A stretch of 64,000 nt of DNA from Candidatus Helarchaeota archaeon. GTDB taxonomy: Archaea > Asgardarchaeota > Lokiarchaeia > Helarchaeales > RDOG01. The notes under the pieces were generated by a model that was not told the origin of the DNA, made no database searches, and saw only the letters and a list, made by a program, of their open reading frames with translations. The translations under genes were made by a program, and so were the position numbers. The stretch covers positions 320,001 through 384,000 of the forward strand of contig JAHPZH010000002.1 in the NCBI GenBank assembly GCA_019058315.1. The letters run 5' to 3'. Positions within the stretch are counted from its first letter, which is position 1. Each line of letters starts with the position of its first letter. This document shows, piece by piece, positions 38,301 through 46,829 of this stretch.

Positions 38301-39414
38301 ACTAGAAAAACATAGTAAAGAGCTAGAGGTAAAGGTTAAAGAACGAACAAGTGAGTTATCTAAAGAAAAACAAAGAATTGAAACTATTATTGAGACTGTT
38401 CCAAATGGAATACTGGTATTGGAGTCAGATGGATCTTTATATTTATCTAATAGGATCTTTAGAAGATATTACCAAAAAATTTTACAAGAAAAGATACATC
38501 AAGACTTTAATATTAATGAAACTCCAAGTATTCAATTGTTTGATACTATAAGAAAGCTAATCACTTCAAAAGATCCGGAACCGATAACTATTGAACCATA
38601 TAAGGGGTTATATTTAAAATTATATTCGGCCCCGCTAGAATCTCGAACGAAAAAACCATTCGGTTTTATAATTGAACTTAATGATGTTACTCCATTTGTT
38701 GAATTTGATAATCAAAGAAAACAATTTGTTTCAACTGTTTCCCATGAATTACGTACACCTATCTCAGCAATTATTCAATCATTGAATAATATAAAGAAAT
38801 ATGGAGATCGAATGCAAGTTGATACGCGAAATAAATTAATGAACATATTAGATCTTAATGCAGATCTACTGGCACAGATGATTGAAGACCTATTATTGGT
38901 TTCCAGAATTGATGAAAAGAGAATTAAGCTTGAATGGAAGAAATATAATCTTAAAGATCTTCTAAATGAGGTTTTGTACGTATTAGAACCTAAAAGAAGG
39001 GAAAAAGAAATCGAAATAACTCTTGAGGCTGATAATGATATTTTATTATTTGGAGACCAAAAAAGAATTGGTCAAATATTCAGAAATCTAGTCGATAATG
39101 CAATAAAATATTCACCCAAAGGAAGTAAAATAGTGGTTAAAACAATTGATAATTATTTAGGTAAATATAACCAATTAAAAAAAGAGGGTGTCTTAATACA
39201 AGTTATTGATAATGGAAGAGGTATTCATAAAGATGAAATTTCCCACCTTTTTCAAAGGTTTTTTAGATCTGACGAAATAAGAGAGATAAGCGGTACAGGA
39301 TTGGGGCTATCAATAGCCAGAGATTTAGCCCGTAATCACCAAGGAGAAATATTCGTTGATAGTGAGTATGGGAAAGGATCAACATTTTCTGTTTTCCTTC
39401 CCAGAATACCTTAA
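35350..39414 (+). CDS. Membrane sensor histidine kinase: three extracellular repeats, ABC-type substrate-binding domain, TM, PAS, HisKA, HATPase
   Basis: SHELRTP, NLVDNAIKY, DNGRG, GTGLGL, GSTF; SBP-like region (GIMVN…P…Y.DL…WPDEG…AQFWVDWMLSKEGQ). Confidence 0.92.
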   Translation: MNMIGNKLTKAFTLLTLLFLLSSSMQFIFSHESSNLSYIYSSSSYTEPTVAIANENPPTLTNGQVYPTIGYKKATRFTFSVNYTDADNNTPDYVNVTINGTSHIMNKQDGFDSNYTDGCIYESIILLNETGSYTYHFTCSDGIFPASLGTQVGPTVENCSLFESMYINHTFTNSTGGSGPSSFVYSFNSGHSFNATWTYWGETWDVDVRNRIIENTTSWFGNNNHTPAWIFTNISLGDSVLIAVNSEGDHTFNVSDEFEYQLSGFGPIEVLVLEDLTTPGGIAWYEKSTGILLNGTFYYNGTSQNYTYDFVNTNVEFSYIPNYPPELTPGFIAPLIYNQTSLLNFTVNYTDKNNDVPEYVNVLINGTSYPMEKQNSSDEYYIDGCLYRYLIYLQPGTYNYSYECSDGALYNSTSTYFGINIVGINSNSPTLINGQVDPVTGWNGVTYFAFTVNYTDTDNNAPNYMNVTINGTSYSMTQQDIYDSNYSDGCLYLYNTTLNVVGNYSYYFNCSDGSFPASIGPYSNLMVEEVEQLVILMPTPSKYVDPYVDKFKIWYYNETNKPIDVTHVRKGGVECIEYVEEQGGNPNEDVIASMGYNDMDRLRLGGYLDPYQSPNAIFINDTYLETIPGKNPDGYFTGFSYNALGIMVNNDTLQNNNLSYPTGYRDLAFNHSYKDFIIMGSPVLGTIAHTNIQLILFHYGWIQGWNITLHLASLIDDFTDTTGTANSLTAAGDYAAVLTKDSYWWEYTVQNYSVGWVWPDEGSYFRILHTGILSGAKNEQNAQFWVDWMLSKEGQEAWIDCRYEGVLRSDITLPPGMHSMNDLANITEAEPNYRQDIEEARYDTVTDICTNIIGYHGELKNNYDDEEVLEYYLNLWVIKPQQEAQKAIELAKDTINLAFMMPLSDQGLDFLIVSINLFNHAKEKYSSEYNYEQAASIAKDADYYGKIAMLFPVQPPVWLYYVIITIIVIASFVIILSVYLKRRQLEKHSKELEVKVKERTSELSKEKQRIETIIETVPNGILVLESDGSLYLSNRIFRRYYQKILQEKIHQDFNINETPSIQLFDTIRKLITSKDPEPITIEPYKGLYLKLYSAPLESRTKKPFGFIIELNDVTPFVEFDNQRKQFVSTVSHELRTPISAIIQSLNNIKKYGDRMQVDTRNKLMNILDLNADLLAQMIEDLLLVSRIDEKRIKLEWKKYNLKDLLNEVLYVLEPKRREKEIEITLEADNDILLFGDQKRIGQIFRNLVDNAIKYSPKGSKIVVKTIDNYLGKYNQLKKEGVLIQVIDNGRGIHKDEISHLFQRFFRSDEIREISGTGLGLSIARDLARNHQGEIFVDSEYGKGSTFSVFLPRIP
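35509..36935 (+). repeat. Three ~100-aa intragenic repeats in the kinase ectodomain (start ~35509, ~36313, ~36622)
   Basis: Each has P.L..G…F.VNYTD..N..P.Y.NV.INGTS..M..Q…D..Y.DGC.Y…G.Y.Y…CSDG. Confidence 0.85.
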
Positions 39415-39492
39415 ATATTATCCGAAAAAGTCTAAATTATAATATAATATAAATGATAATTATAAAAAATTGAGAAAAATAGAGGAATATAG

Positions 39493-40371
39493 ATGAAACC
39501 TATGATATTGGTCGTTGAAGACAAGGAAGATATTTTGTTAAATTTGAAAATTACTTTAGAATTTAACGAATTTAATGTAACTACAGCAAGAGATGGAGTG
39601 GAAGCGTTAGAAAATCTTTCAAAACTTGAAAAACCACCTAATCTCATCTTAAGTGATATAATGATGCCTAGAATGAATGGCTATGATTTTTTCGAAGAGG
39701 TTTCTAAAAACCCCCTATGGAATTCAATTCCTTTTATTTTCTTAACGGCTAAAACCTCTCCTGATGAGGTTCGTTTTGGTAAAATGTTAGGTGTGGATGA
39801 CTATATCAAGAAACCCTTTAAAGAAGAGGATTTACTTGCCAGTATTTCTGGAAAATTAGCTAAGAGTGAAAAAGTTAAATCAATTAATAAAAAAATTGAA
39901 GAATATTATTCTGCTTTGAAATTAGACTTTATTCCTTCAATAGATGAAAAGGAAAAAAAATCAATTATTTTATTATTAGTAATCTGGGATGATAAAGTGG
40001 GACCTGAATTGAAAATTTCCTATCCACATCAAATACAACTACCTGTACCCCTCGCAAAGGTAGGATTTCAATTATTTAATAGTGTGTCGTCTATTTACGG
40101 ACAAAGTGAAATCCAAGAAGCAGAAGGTATTCTGATAGATATTAAAAATATACAAAAGCAAGGGTATATTTATTTTAATGCAATTCCTAATTTAGAAATA
40201 AGAGGATTTGAACAACCATTCATGTTAGGAGTAATAACTTCACAGATCTCTTACTTTGAATCATTAAAGATAAAAGAAGTTCTTCAAGAAATATCAATAG
40301 AAATTAAAGAGTGTCGACAATGGAATATAGAAAAATATTGGGAGCAGATTTCAAATCTCCTTTCTACATAA
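39493..40371 (+). CDS. Response regulator (REC) with C-terminal longin/uDENN-like domain
   Basis: VVED, LSDIMMP, FLTAK, KPF; C-terminal LLVIWDDKVGPEL…YP. Confidence 0.85.
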   Translation: MKPMILVVEDKEDILLNLKITLEFNEFNVTTARDGVEALENLSKLEKPPNLILSDIMMPRMNGYDFFEEVSKNPLWNSIPFIFLTAKTSPDEVRFGKMLGVDDYIKKPFKEEDLLASISGKLAKSEKVKSINKKIEEYYSALKLDFIPSIDEKEKKSIILLLVIWDDKVGPELKISYPHQIQLPVPLAKVGFQLFNSVSSIYGQSEIQEAEGILIDIKNIQKQGYIYFNAIPNLEIRGFEQPFMLGVITSQISYFESLKIKEVLQEISIEIKECRQWNIEKYWEQISNLLST

Positions 40372-40919
40372 ATTCTGCCCTAAAAATCCTTTAATTTCTT
40401 TTATTATATATTCTTAAATACCCATTTGGAATAATTTTTTCCGCTCTGGAAAATTAGTAGATAAATCTTGCTGGTTTTTATTAAGTTCTGTCATGAAAAT
40501 TTCCCTATTTATATTTTTATTTCATCTCTTCTTATTAAAAAATTTATAAAAATAAAATTTATTGATTAAGAATTCAGTTAATTTAATAATAGTCTTTTTC
40601 CACTTTCGTAAAAATCTAAAAATTTATTGAAATTAATTTATTCAAAAAATTTATTTTAATAATCGAGATTTTTTTTATTGATAAAATTAAAATTTATAAG
40701 GTATTCAGCTTATTGGCATTTTATAATAATTCTATTATAAAATAAAATATGATTTCTATTATTTTCCTTTTATAAATATCAAGAAATTGCTTTCTTCATC
40801 CCATACATTTATAAATTTAACAGTCATCAGTAAAAGTGAAATTTCATTTATACGAAAAATAGCTATAAATATCAATTTCAACTGGAAAATATGTTTTTAC
40901 GAGAGGCGGATAAAAAAAT

Positions 40920-41846
40920 ATGACCTCAAGAGCATTTGAATCACTAGACGAAGTTTTTAGCAAATTTTTACAAAATAAAGATAGCATTTTTAAAGATAGA
41001 GAAGCATTAAGTCATGGTTATGTTCCTTATAAACTCTATCATAGAGAAAAGCAATATAAATCTATTTTTGAAGCGTTATTAACAGGATATAAAAATAAAA
41101 ATTCATTCATTTTATGTTACGGAGATGCAGGAACTGGAAAGACTTCTTTAATAATGTCCTTATTAAACAAAATCTCTAAAAAATGTGAGGAGATTGGCTG
41201 TAATGACATATTTACTTCTTTAATTAATTGTCGTCTGACGACCACTAAATATCGAATACTCGTCAACTTAATTAGCCAAATTGGATTACCGATCCCTTCT
41301 AGACTTAATTTTAATAAATTATTTCAAAGATTTAAAAAAGAAATTGATACGAAAAATCGATTTATAATATTAGTCTTAGATGAAATTGATAGAATCTTTG
41401 GTAATAGTTCCAAAAATGCAAAAAATATTGCTAATCTATTAATAAGTCTGAGCAATCAGTTAAAAAATACAAAATTATGTATTATTGGAATATCTAAAGA
41501 TTTGAATTTTAAAAATCATTTATCTGCAGAGTTTTTATCAAATATAAGTATTTATTTGTGTGAATTTCAGCCATATAATGCAAACGAAATGCGATACATT
41601 TTGAGTGAAAGAGTCATTTTAGGATTTTGTCCTGGTGTTGTATCTGAAAGAGTATTAAATTTAATCGCTGTTTTTTCAGCAGAAGCGGGGGGAGATGCTA
41701 GATATGCATTATGTTTATTACAAAAAGCAGGAGAACTTGCTGAAAGAAATGGTGAGAAAACTATAACTGAAGAACATGTAAAAAATGTCCGTAAAATATT
41801 AAAAAACAGTAATAGTAAATATAATGGATATTGTAAAATAAATTAG
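40920..41846 (+). CDS. cdc6: Orc1/Cdc6-family AAA+ protein lacking the winged-helix domain
   Basis: YVP.KL.HRE, GDAGTGKT, INC, VLDEID, F.PY, GDARYA; ends at 308 aa. Confidence 0.85.
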   Translation: MTSRAFESLDEVFSKFLQNKDSIFKDREALSHGYVPYKLYHREKQYKSIFEALLTGYKNKNSFILCYGDAGTGKTSLIMSLLNKISKKCEEIGCNDIFTSLINCRLTTTKYRILVNLISQIGLPIPSRLNFNKLFQRFKKEIDTKNRFIILVLDEIDRIFGNSSKNAKNIANLLISLSNQLKNTKLCIIGISKDLNFKNHLSAEFLSNISIYLCEFQPYNANEMRYILSERVILGFCPGVVSERVLNLIAVFSAEAGGDARYALCLLQKAGELAERNGEKTITEEHVKNVRKILKNSNSKYNGYCKIN

Positions 41847-41867
41847 AGAATAATAAAAAAAATTTCA

Positions 41868-42968
41868 TTAATTTTTTTCAAGATTTTCAAGAAATCTAGC
41901 TGCTCTTTCTGCTTTCCAATTTGAATATTTTGAAATTTTGGAAATTATATCTTGTTTCTCATCTTTTTTAAGGGATTTTTCCTTTATATACCCTTGACGA
42001 ACGGCTCCATTAAAAATTTCTTCCCCGTTTGGTCTTCTTATTACTACTGTTGTAAATCCATCAGGTGCACCAAGTCCTCCAAAAGATAAATCAGAAAAAT
42101 GATTTGAGTAGTCTTTGCAGGCATGACATGCAGGGCGCATATAATCTTCTAATTGTTCAAATTTAATATTTATTCTTTTACCATTTATTAAGTCGATTAT
42201 CAAATTTTCTTTGATATTAATTTTCTTAATATCTTTAAGCTTGATTTTTAATTGATTTTCTAGTTTTTCCTTAAGAAATTTATCAAAAGAAAAATTTTCA
42301 GTACAAAATAGACCAAATACATAACTTATATTATTTGAGGGAACAACTCCAAGTTCTTGCATTTTTCTAATTGTAGTAATTTGGCAAGGAGTCCCAACTA
42401 CCGCCAATTTCTTAAATTCCTTTTCTTCACTTTTCTTTAAAGATGTTATTGTAGGGGTATAAGTAGAATATTTACTTGTCTCATAGATACTGTGAGAAAC
42501 ATCATACGTTGAACCTGCAGATTCAAGAATATCTTCTTTAGTGGTTGCAATTATAGCTTCTCTTGAAAATGGACCAATCTTTTTAGATAGAATTGCACCA
42601 TCTATTAATCCTTTATCTAATAAATAAATCAACAGAGATGTTACAACTCCACCATCAGTTGCAATTCTTAGTATATTTTCATCTGTAGTTTGAGCTTGGG
42701 TAATTCTTTTATAATATCCTAGAGGATAATCAAACTTATATTTAGCTTTTAATTCGTCCTTAAAAGCTATAATTTGAGGACAAATAAGATAGCAAATTCC
42801 ACATTCTAAACATTTATCTTTATTTATGTAAACTGGAGGTCCGTCAGGAGACATTTCAATAACGCCAAAATCTCCTGCAGAACAAAAACTTACGCAGCCT
42901 CCACATCGTCCACACAGTCCTTTTTCATGAACTTCTTTTATTAAATCAGCAAATGTCTTTTTTGCCAT
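41868..42968 (-). CDS. F420-binding FrhB/FdhB/FpoF-like subunit with N-terminal 2x[4Fe-4S]
   Basis: CGRCGGCVSFC, CLECGICYLICP, DGGVVT, GTPCQ, GLFCTE, CHAC.D, DLSFG. Confidence 0.9.
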   Translation of the reverse strand: MAKKTFADLIKEVHEKGLCGRCGGCVSFCSAGDFGVIEMSPDGPPVYINKDKCLECGICYLICPQIIAFKDELKAKYKFDYPLGYYKRITQAQTTDENILRIATDGGVVTSLLIYLLDKGLIDGAILSKKIGPFSREAIIATTKEDILESAGSTYDVSHSIYETSKYSTYTPTITSLKKSEEKEFKKLAVVGTPCQITTIRKMQELGVVPSNNISYVFGLFCTENFSFDKFLKEKLENQLKIKLKDIKKINIKENLIIDLINGKRINIKFEQLEDYMRPACHACKDYSNHFSDLSFGGLGAPDGFTTVVIRRPNGEEIFNGAVRQGYIKEKSLKKDEKQDIISKISKYSNWKAERAARFLENLEKN

Positions 42969-43059
42969 TTAAAATACTTCCTTTTTAGCTTTGGTTTAAA
43001 TTAATGCTAAAATACAATCAAGAAAAAATAATACAAAAATTATGGATGAAATCCTAATT

Positions 43060-43872
43060 TTAAGAATCCACCTTTTTTTCACGTTCCATTTTCTTTTTAA
43101 CTTTTTTTGCGTGACTTTTACCACCATAAGCATCAAATAGACCAGGGGTAGGGTCTATTTCTGCTCCATAAAAGGGTATAGGGTATCTTATTCCCTTTTT
43201 ATAAAGTTCCTCTAGACCATTTACAGCTTTTTCATACATATCAGCAGGAATCGCTATAGCCAATTCATCATCTTGAAGGCCACCATACCGTCTTTCTCCA
43301 TAACATGGAATTGATATTTGTGGTTTCTTATTTATAAAACATCTAGCTATAACATCAGCACAACTCGATTCTCCAACACAAAACATTTCCATAACTTTGT
43401 AATCCTCATATTGTAAAGCGTTAATTAATACAATCATTTGAGCTGGATTTGCATATATTAGAATAATATCCGGATCAAATGGATTATATACTAAAGGAGC
43501 CATAATAAGAGCATTATATTTACCGAAAGGTAAAGTTGGGAAGGTTTCTTCAAATTTCTTTGATTCTTCAATTGTCTTAAACCACTTGATTGCCCGATAT
43601 GTTCCAGTCTTAACCATTTGCGGCTTTTCAATAAAACCAAGCATATAAGCACATATTGGAGTAGCTAAATTTTCCTCTGTAATCCCCACAGTCCAATCAT
43701 GTGTGCGAACTTTAGTAATAAATTGACAAAGAGTCTGTTTAGTCTTTGAAATACGTACCCAAGGATTTTTAGTTAAACCCTCTTTATTTTCTAGAAGTTT
43801 AAAAGCTACAGGAAAATCTTTTAAGCGTAATAATCGTTCAATTCTTTTCGTTAATTTTGTCCAATTTGGCAT
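43060..43872 (-). CDS. DUF169 family protein
   Basis: L…PVA.K, CQ, C, PDIILIYANPAQM, SSCAD, PCYGER…DEL. Confidence 0.82.
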   Translation of the reverse strand: MPNWTKLTKRIERLLRLKDFPVAFKLLENKEGLTKNPWVRISKTKQTLCQFITKVRTHDWTVGITEENLATPICAYMLGFIEKPQMVKTGTYRAIKWFKTIEESKKFEETFPTLPFGKYNALIMAPLVYNPFDPDIILIYANPAQMIVLINALQYEDYKVMEMFCVGESSCADVIARCFINKKPQISIPCYGERRYGGLQDDELAIAIPADMYEKAVNGLEELYKKGIRYPIPFYGAEIDPTPGLFDAYGGKSHAKKVKKKMEREKKVDS

Positions 43873-43881
43873 AATATTTCC

Positions 43882-44511
43882 TCATTTTCTAAATTTCTTT
43901 ACTTCAAAATTACTTGCATGTAATTCTTTAACAAGATCATTTTCATTTTTTATTTCATTTTGGAATTCGGTCACAACTTTTCCAATTTCATATAATTCGT
44001 GGGCATCAGATCCTCCAATTCCTATCAGTTGCAGTTTTTTATTAACTTTAAATGCAAATTTATTGGCTTGATCTGAAACACGTCCATTATTTATTTCAAT
44101 TCCATCCATAAATTTGAATATAGGTCTATTTGCACCATCTTCAATAGATAGTTTTAAAGCTCCAATTCCAACAACTAAAAATTCTCTAAATGGATGTGCT
44201 GCTGCAACAAAAACCCCATCATTTCCCACAAATTCCCTTAATTCTTGAACAGAAATTATGTCATCCGTATTATTATTAGAGCCATATACCAAAACATCGC
44301 CTTGTAAAGTTGTAAACTCATTTCCCTGTAAAATTAATAAATCATGTTTTTTTTGCAGTTCACTTATTTCCTCTTTGGATCTTATTTTATTATGTTCGGT
44401 GAAGACTATACCATCTAATCCAATTTTTTTAGCTTCATTGATGGCTTGTTCTGGGCTTATATTTGAACAAGGGGAAATGGGTTTTGTATGAATATGCAGA
44501 TCAATAATCAA
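43882..44511 (-). CDS. PHP-domain metal-dependent phosphoesterase
   Basis: DLHIHT…SPCS, TEH, AHPFR, GGSDAH. Probable start is TTG 44511; the ORF track opens at 44559. Confidence 0.9.
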   Translation of the reverse strand: MIIDLHIHTKPISPCSNISPEQAINEAKKIGLDGIVFTEHNKIRSKEEISELQKKHDLLILQGNEFTTLQGDVLVYGSNNNTDDIISVQELREFVGNDGVFVAAAHPFREFLVVGIGALKLSIEDGANRPIFKFMDGIEINNGRVSDQANKFAFKVNKKLQLIGIGGSDAHELYEIGKVVTEFQNEIKNENDLVKELHASNFEVKKFRK

Positions 44512-44965
44512 ATTCGTTAAATTCCTTACAAAAGTTCTTAATTTGTGGATATTTTTCAACCAAACCCTTTAAAAATTCTTCCTGGGAGAGGTTTGGATTT
44601 TTCTCAATGGCTTCTCGCCAATTTAATGTAATTAGAGCTGGTATTAATGAGTCACAACATTCATTAATTATGTTAGCATAATGGCGACAGCCGGGTCTAC
44701 CTATCATTCTTCTTATTTTGCTTGAAAATCCTGGTTCAATTTTTAATCCCAATGCTAAATCTAATTTTTCAGTGGCTTTGGGACATAAAGGGGTTGTATA
44801 TCTTTTCATTTTACCCTCTATGGAAGTAATCTCAAATTCTGGTAATTTAACATGCATTTCAACTTCATGTGCATAAAGATTATCCTCTAGAACACCACTG
44901 ATGAGATATTCCTCATCGTTGATTTTTTCATAGCCCACAAATTTATTACGACAAAAATTTAACAT
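44501..44965 (-). CDS. DUF2889-like protein
   Basis: LED…H…I..I.G.M.RY…CP…L.GL.I.PGF…GC.H. Confidence 0.72.
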   Translation of the reverse strand: MLNFCRNKFVGYEKINDEEYLISGVLEDNLYAHEVEMHVKLPEFEITSIEGKMKRYTTPLCPKATEKLDLALGLKIEPGFSSKIRRMIGRPGCRHYANIINECCDSLIPALITLNWREAIEKNPNLSQEEFLKGLVEKYPQIKNFCKEFNEFDY

Positions 44966-44978
44966 ATGACTATCTCCG

Positions 44979-45476
44979 TTATTTTTTTTCTTCCATGAAT
45001 GCTATACAAGTATTTTTTAAATTTGGCATCATTCTTATCAGCTTTTTTGTAGTTACGTCTTTCATTTTCTTTATTTGTGGAACAGCGTTGTATAATGGAC
45101 CAACAGTAAGCCCTAAAATAGCCGCTTCACAACATTCGACTGCTAAACTTGCTAAATAATCACAACCTTTAGTCTTTCCAAGGACACTATAGGCAATTTT
45201 AATGATTCCAGGTCCAATTCGTAATCCCACTAATTTTTCAAGTTTAGAAAGAGCCCCTTGACATCCCTCGAAATAAGTTCTCTTTATATTGCCTTTTATA
45301 GATAAAATTTCCATTTGCGGAACTTTAACCTCTAATTCCAATTCTCCATCAAAAAAATAATCTTCAAGAGTAGCACGAATTTTAAGATTCTTTCCATCTT
45401 GTTCAATGACATCGACATATTTATGCTTGCTATAGAATAAAACCAACTTTAAATCTCCAGCTCTTACTATAAACAT
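44979..45476 (-). CDS. DUF2889-like protein (paralogue)
   Basis: LED…I..I.G.I.R…C…L.GLRIGPG…GC.YL…NTCIAF. Confidence 0.7.
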   Translation of the reverse strand: MFIVRAGDLKLVLFYSKHKYVDVIEQDGKNLKIRATLEDYFFDGELELEVKVPQMEILSIKGNIKRTYFEGCQGALSKLEKLVGLRIGPGIIKIAYSVLGKTKGCDYLASLAVECCEAAILGLTVGPLYNAVPQIKKMKDVTTKKLIRMMPNLKNTCIAFMEEKK

Positions 45477-45616
45477 AAAATTATTTCAAAATATAAATTA
45501 GACTTGTGAAATAATTTCAATTTGCAACTATTTAGTTATTCAAAAAATATCTGAAAAATAGGAATTGTAAGTGTGTTCTTAAGCTTAAAATTCAAAAATA
45601 AGAAAAAAAAAGAAAA

Positions 45617-46828
45617 TTATATTATAAGTTCATTAACTAATTCTACAATGTCCTTAAATACTAATTTTGATCCGCTTTCTTTAATTGCATCCATTAGATT
45701 ACGTTGACAGAATGGACATGATGAAACTAAAATTTCCGCACCAGTGTCTTCAGCTTCTTTTATTCGGTCGATTGCAGTTTCTAAAGCCATATCTTTAAAT
45801 GCAGCCTTCACACCACCACCAGCACCGCAGCACCAAGCATTTTCCTGATTTCTTACCATTTCAACAAGCTTCAGTCCAGGAATGGCTTTTAAAATCCTTC
45901 TAGGCTGTTTATAAAGACCTCTACGCCTCGGCCTTGAATCGGACATTATACCTCTACCGATATGACAAGGGTCGTGGTAAGTAACCGTCTTATTTAATTC
46001 CTTAAGTTTTATCTTTCCATCTTTAATCAGTCTGTCTAGAAACTGTGTTATATGTATCAATTCAATATCTAATTTCTCTCCCAATAACTCAGGATAGTCA
46101 ACTAAAATAGTTCGATAACAACCTGCACAAGAAAAAATAAGCTTTTTTATACCTGCTTTTTTTATAGCTTCCATATTCTTTTTTGCTAATTCCATTGCTT
46201 GCTTTTGCATACCAGTTCGTAATAACGGACTTCCACAACAAATTTCTTCAGAACCAAGGATACGAAAGGGAGTATTTGTTTTATTTAAAATTTCTACAGT
46301 ATCTTTTGCAAGCTCTTTTTCTCTATAAGCCGATGTACATCCCACAAAATATGCAAGTTCTGCATTTGGGTCAATTTTTACATCTTTTGATAGCCAATCA
46401 AATCGTTGTCCATGTGGGTCTCCATAAGGGTTATTATTTTCAGCAGTACTCTTTGCAAAACCTAGATGTTGGGGCATAGGTCCCCATTCCATTTCTGCTA
46501 GCTTAGTCCTTAATGCTTCAATTATAGCAACATTATCCATACCTTTGAATTCTTTACAAGTAAGTGCACATGCACCGCAAGTGGTGCAAGCCCAAACAAG
46601 CTCTTTTAATGCTTCTGATGGTTCTTTTATTTCACCCTCGATGATAGCTCTCGCAATTTCCATACGTCCAACTGCATAATATGAGATAAAACCAAATTTT
46701 TTACCGCTTGGGCAACATTCTAGCCATTCATCTAGTGTCCAGTAATTAAATTGGTTACAGCCCATACAATGACCGCATGTTATAACATCATCTCTATATT
46801 CATCTAATTTTTTAACTTTTATTGTCAT
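45617..46828 (-). CDS. HdrD/GlcF-like Fe-S oxidoreductase with two CCG domains
   Basis: CTTCGACALTC, FVGC, ICCG, SCAGC, YHDPC, CCGAGGG, SCPFC. Confidence 0.9.
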   Translation of the reverse strand: MTIKVKKLDEYRDDVITCGHCMGCNQFNYWTLDEWLECCPSGKKFGFISYYAVGRMEIARAIIEGEIKEPSEALKELVWACTTCGACALTCKEFKGMDNVAIIEALRTKLAEMEWGPMPQHLGFAKSTAENNNPYGDPHGQRFDWLSKDVKIDPNAELAYFVGCTSAYREKELAKDTVEILNKTNTPFRILGSEEICCGSPLLRTGMQKQAMELAKKNMEAIKKAGIKKLIFSCAGCYRTILVDYPELLGEKLDIELIHITQFLDRLIKDGKIKLKELNKTVTYHDPCHIGRGIMSDSRPRRRGLYKQPRRILKAIPGLKLVEMVRNQENAWCCGAGGGVKAAFKDMALETAIDRIKEAEDTGAEILVSSCPFCQRNLMDAIKESGSKLVFKDIVELVNELII

Positions 46829-46829
46829 T

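Noticed and set aside
40372-40919. Replication origin
   Set aside because: Only one degenerate mini-ORB, no G-string or repeated ORBs, and the adjacent Cdc6 lacks its DNA-binding domain; kept only as a low-score finding
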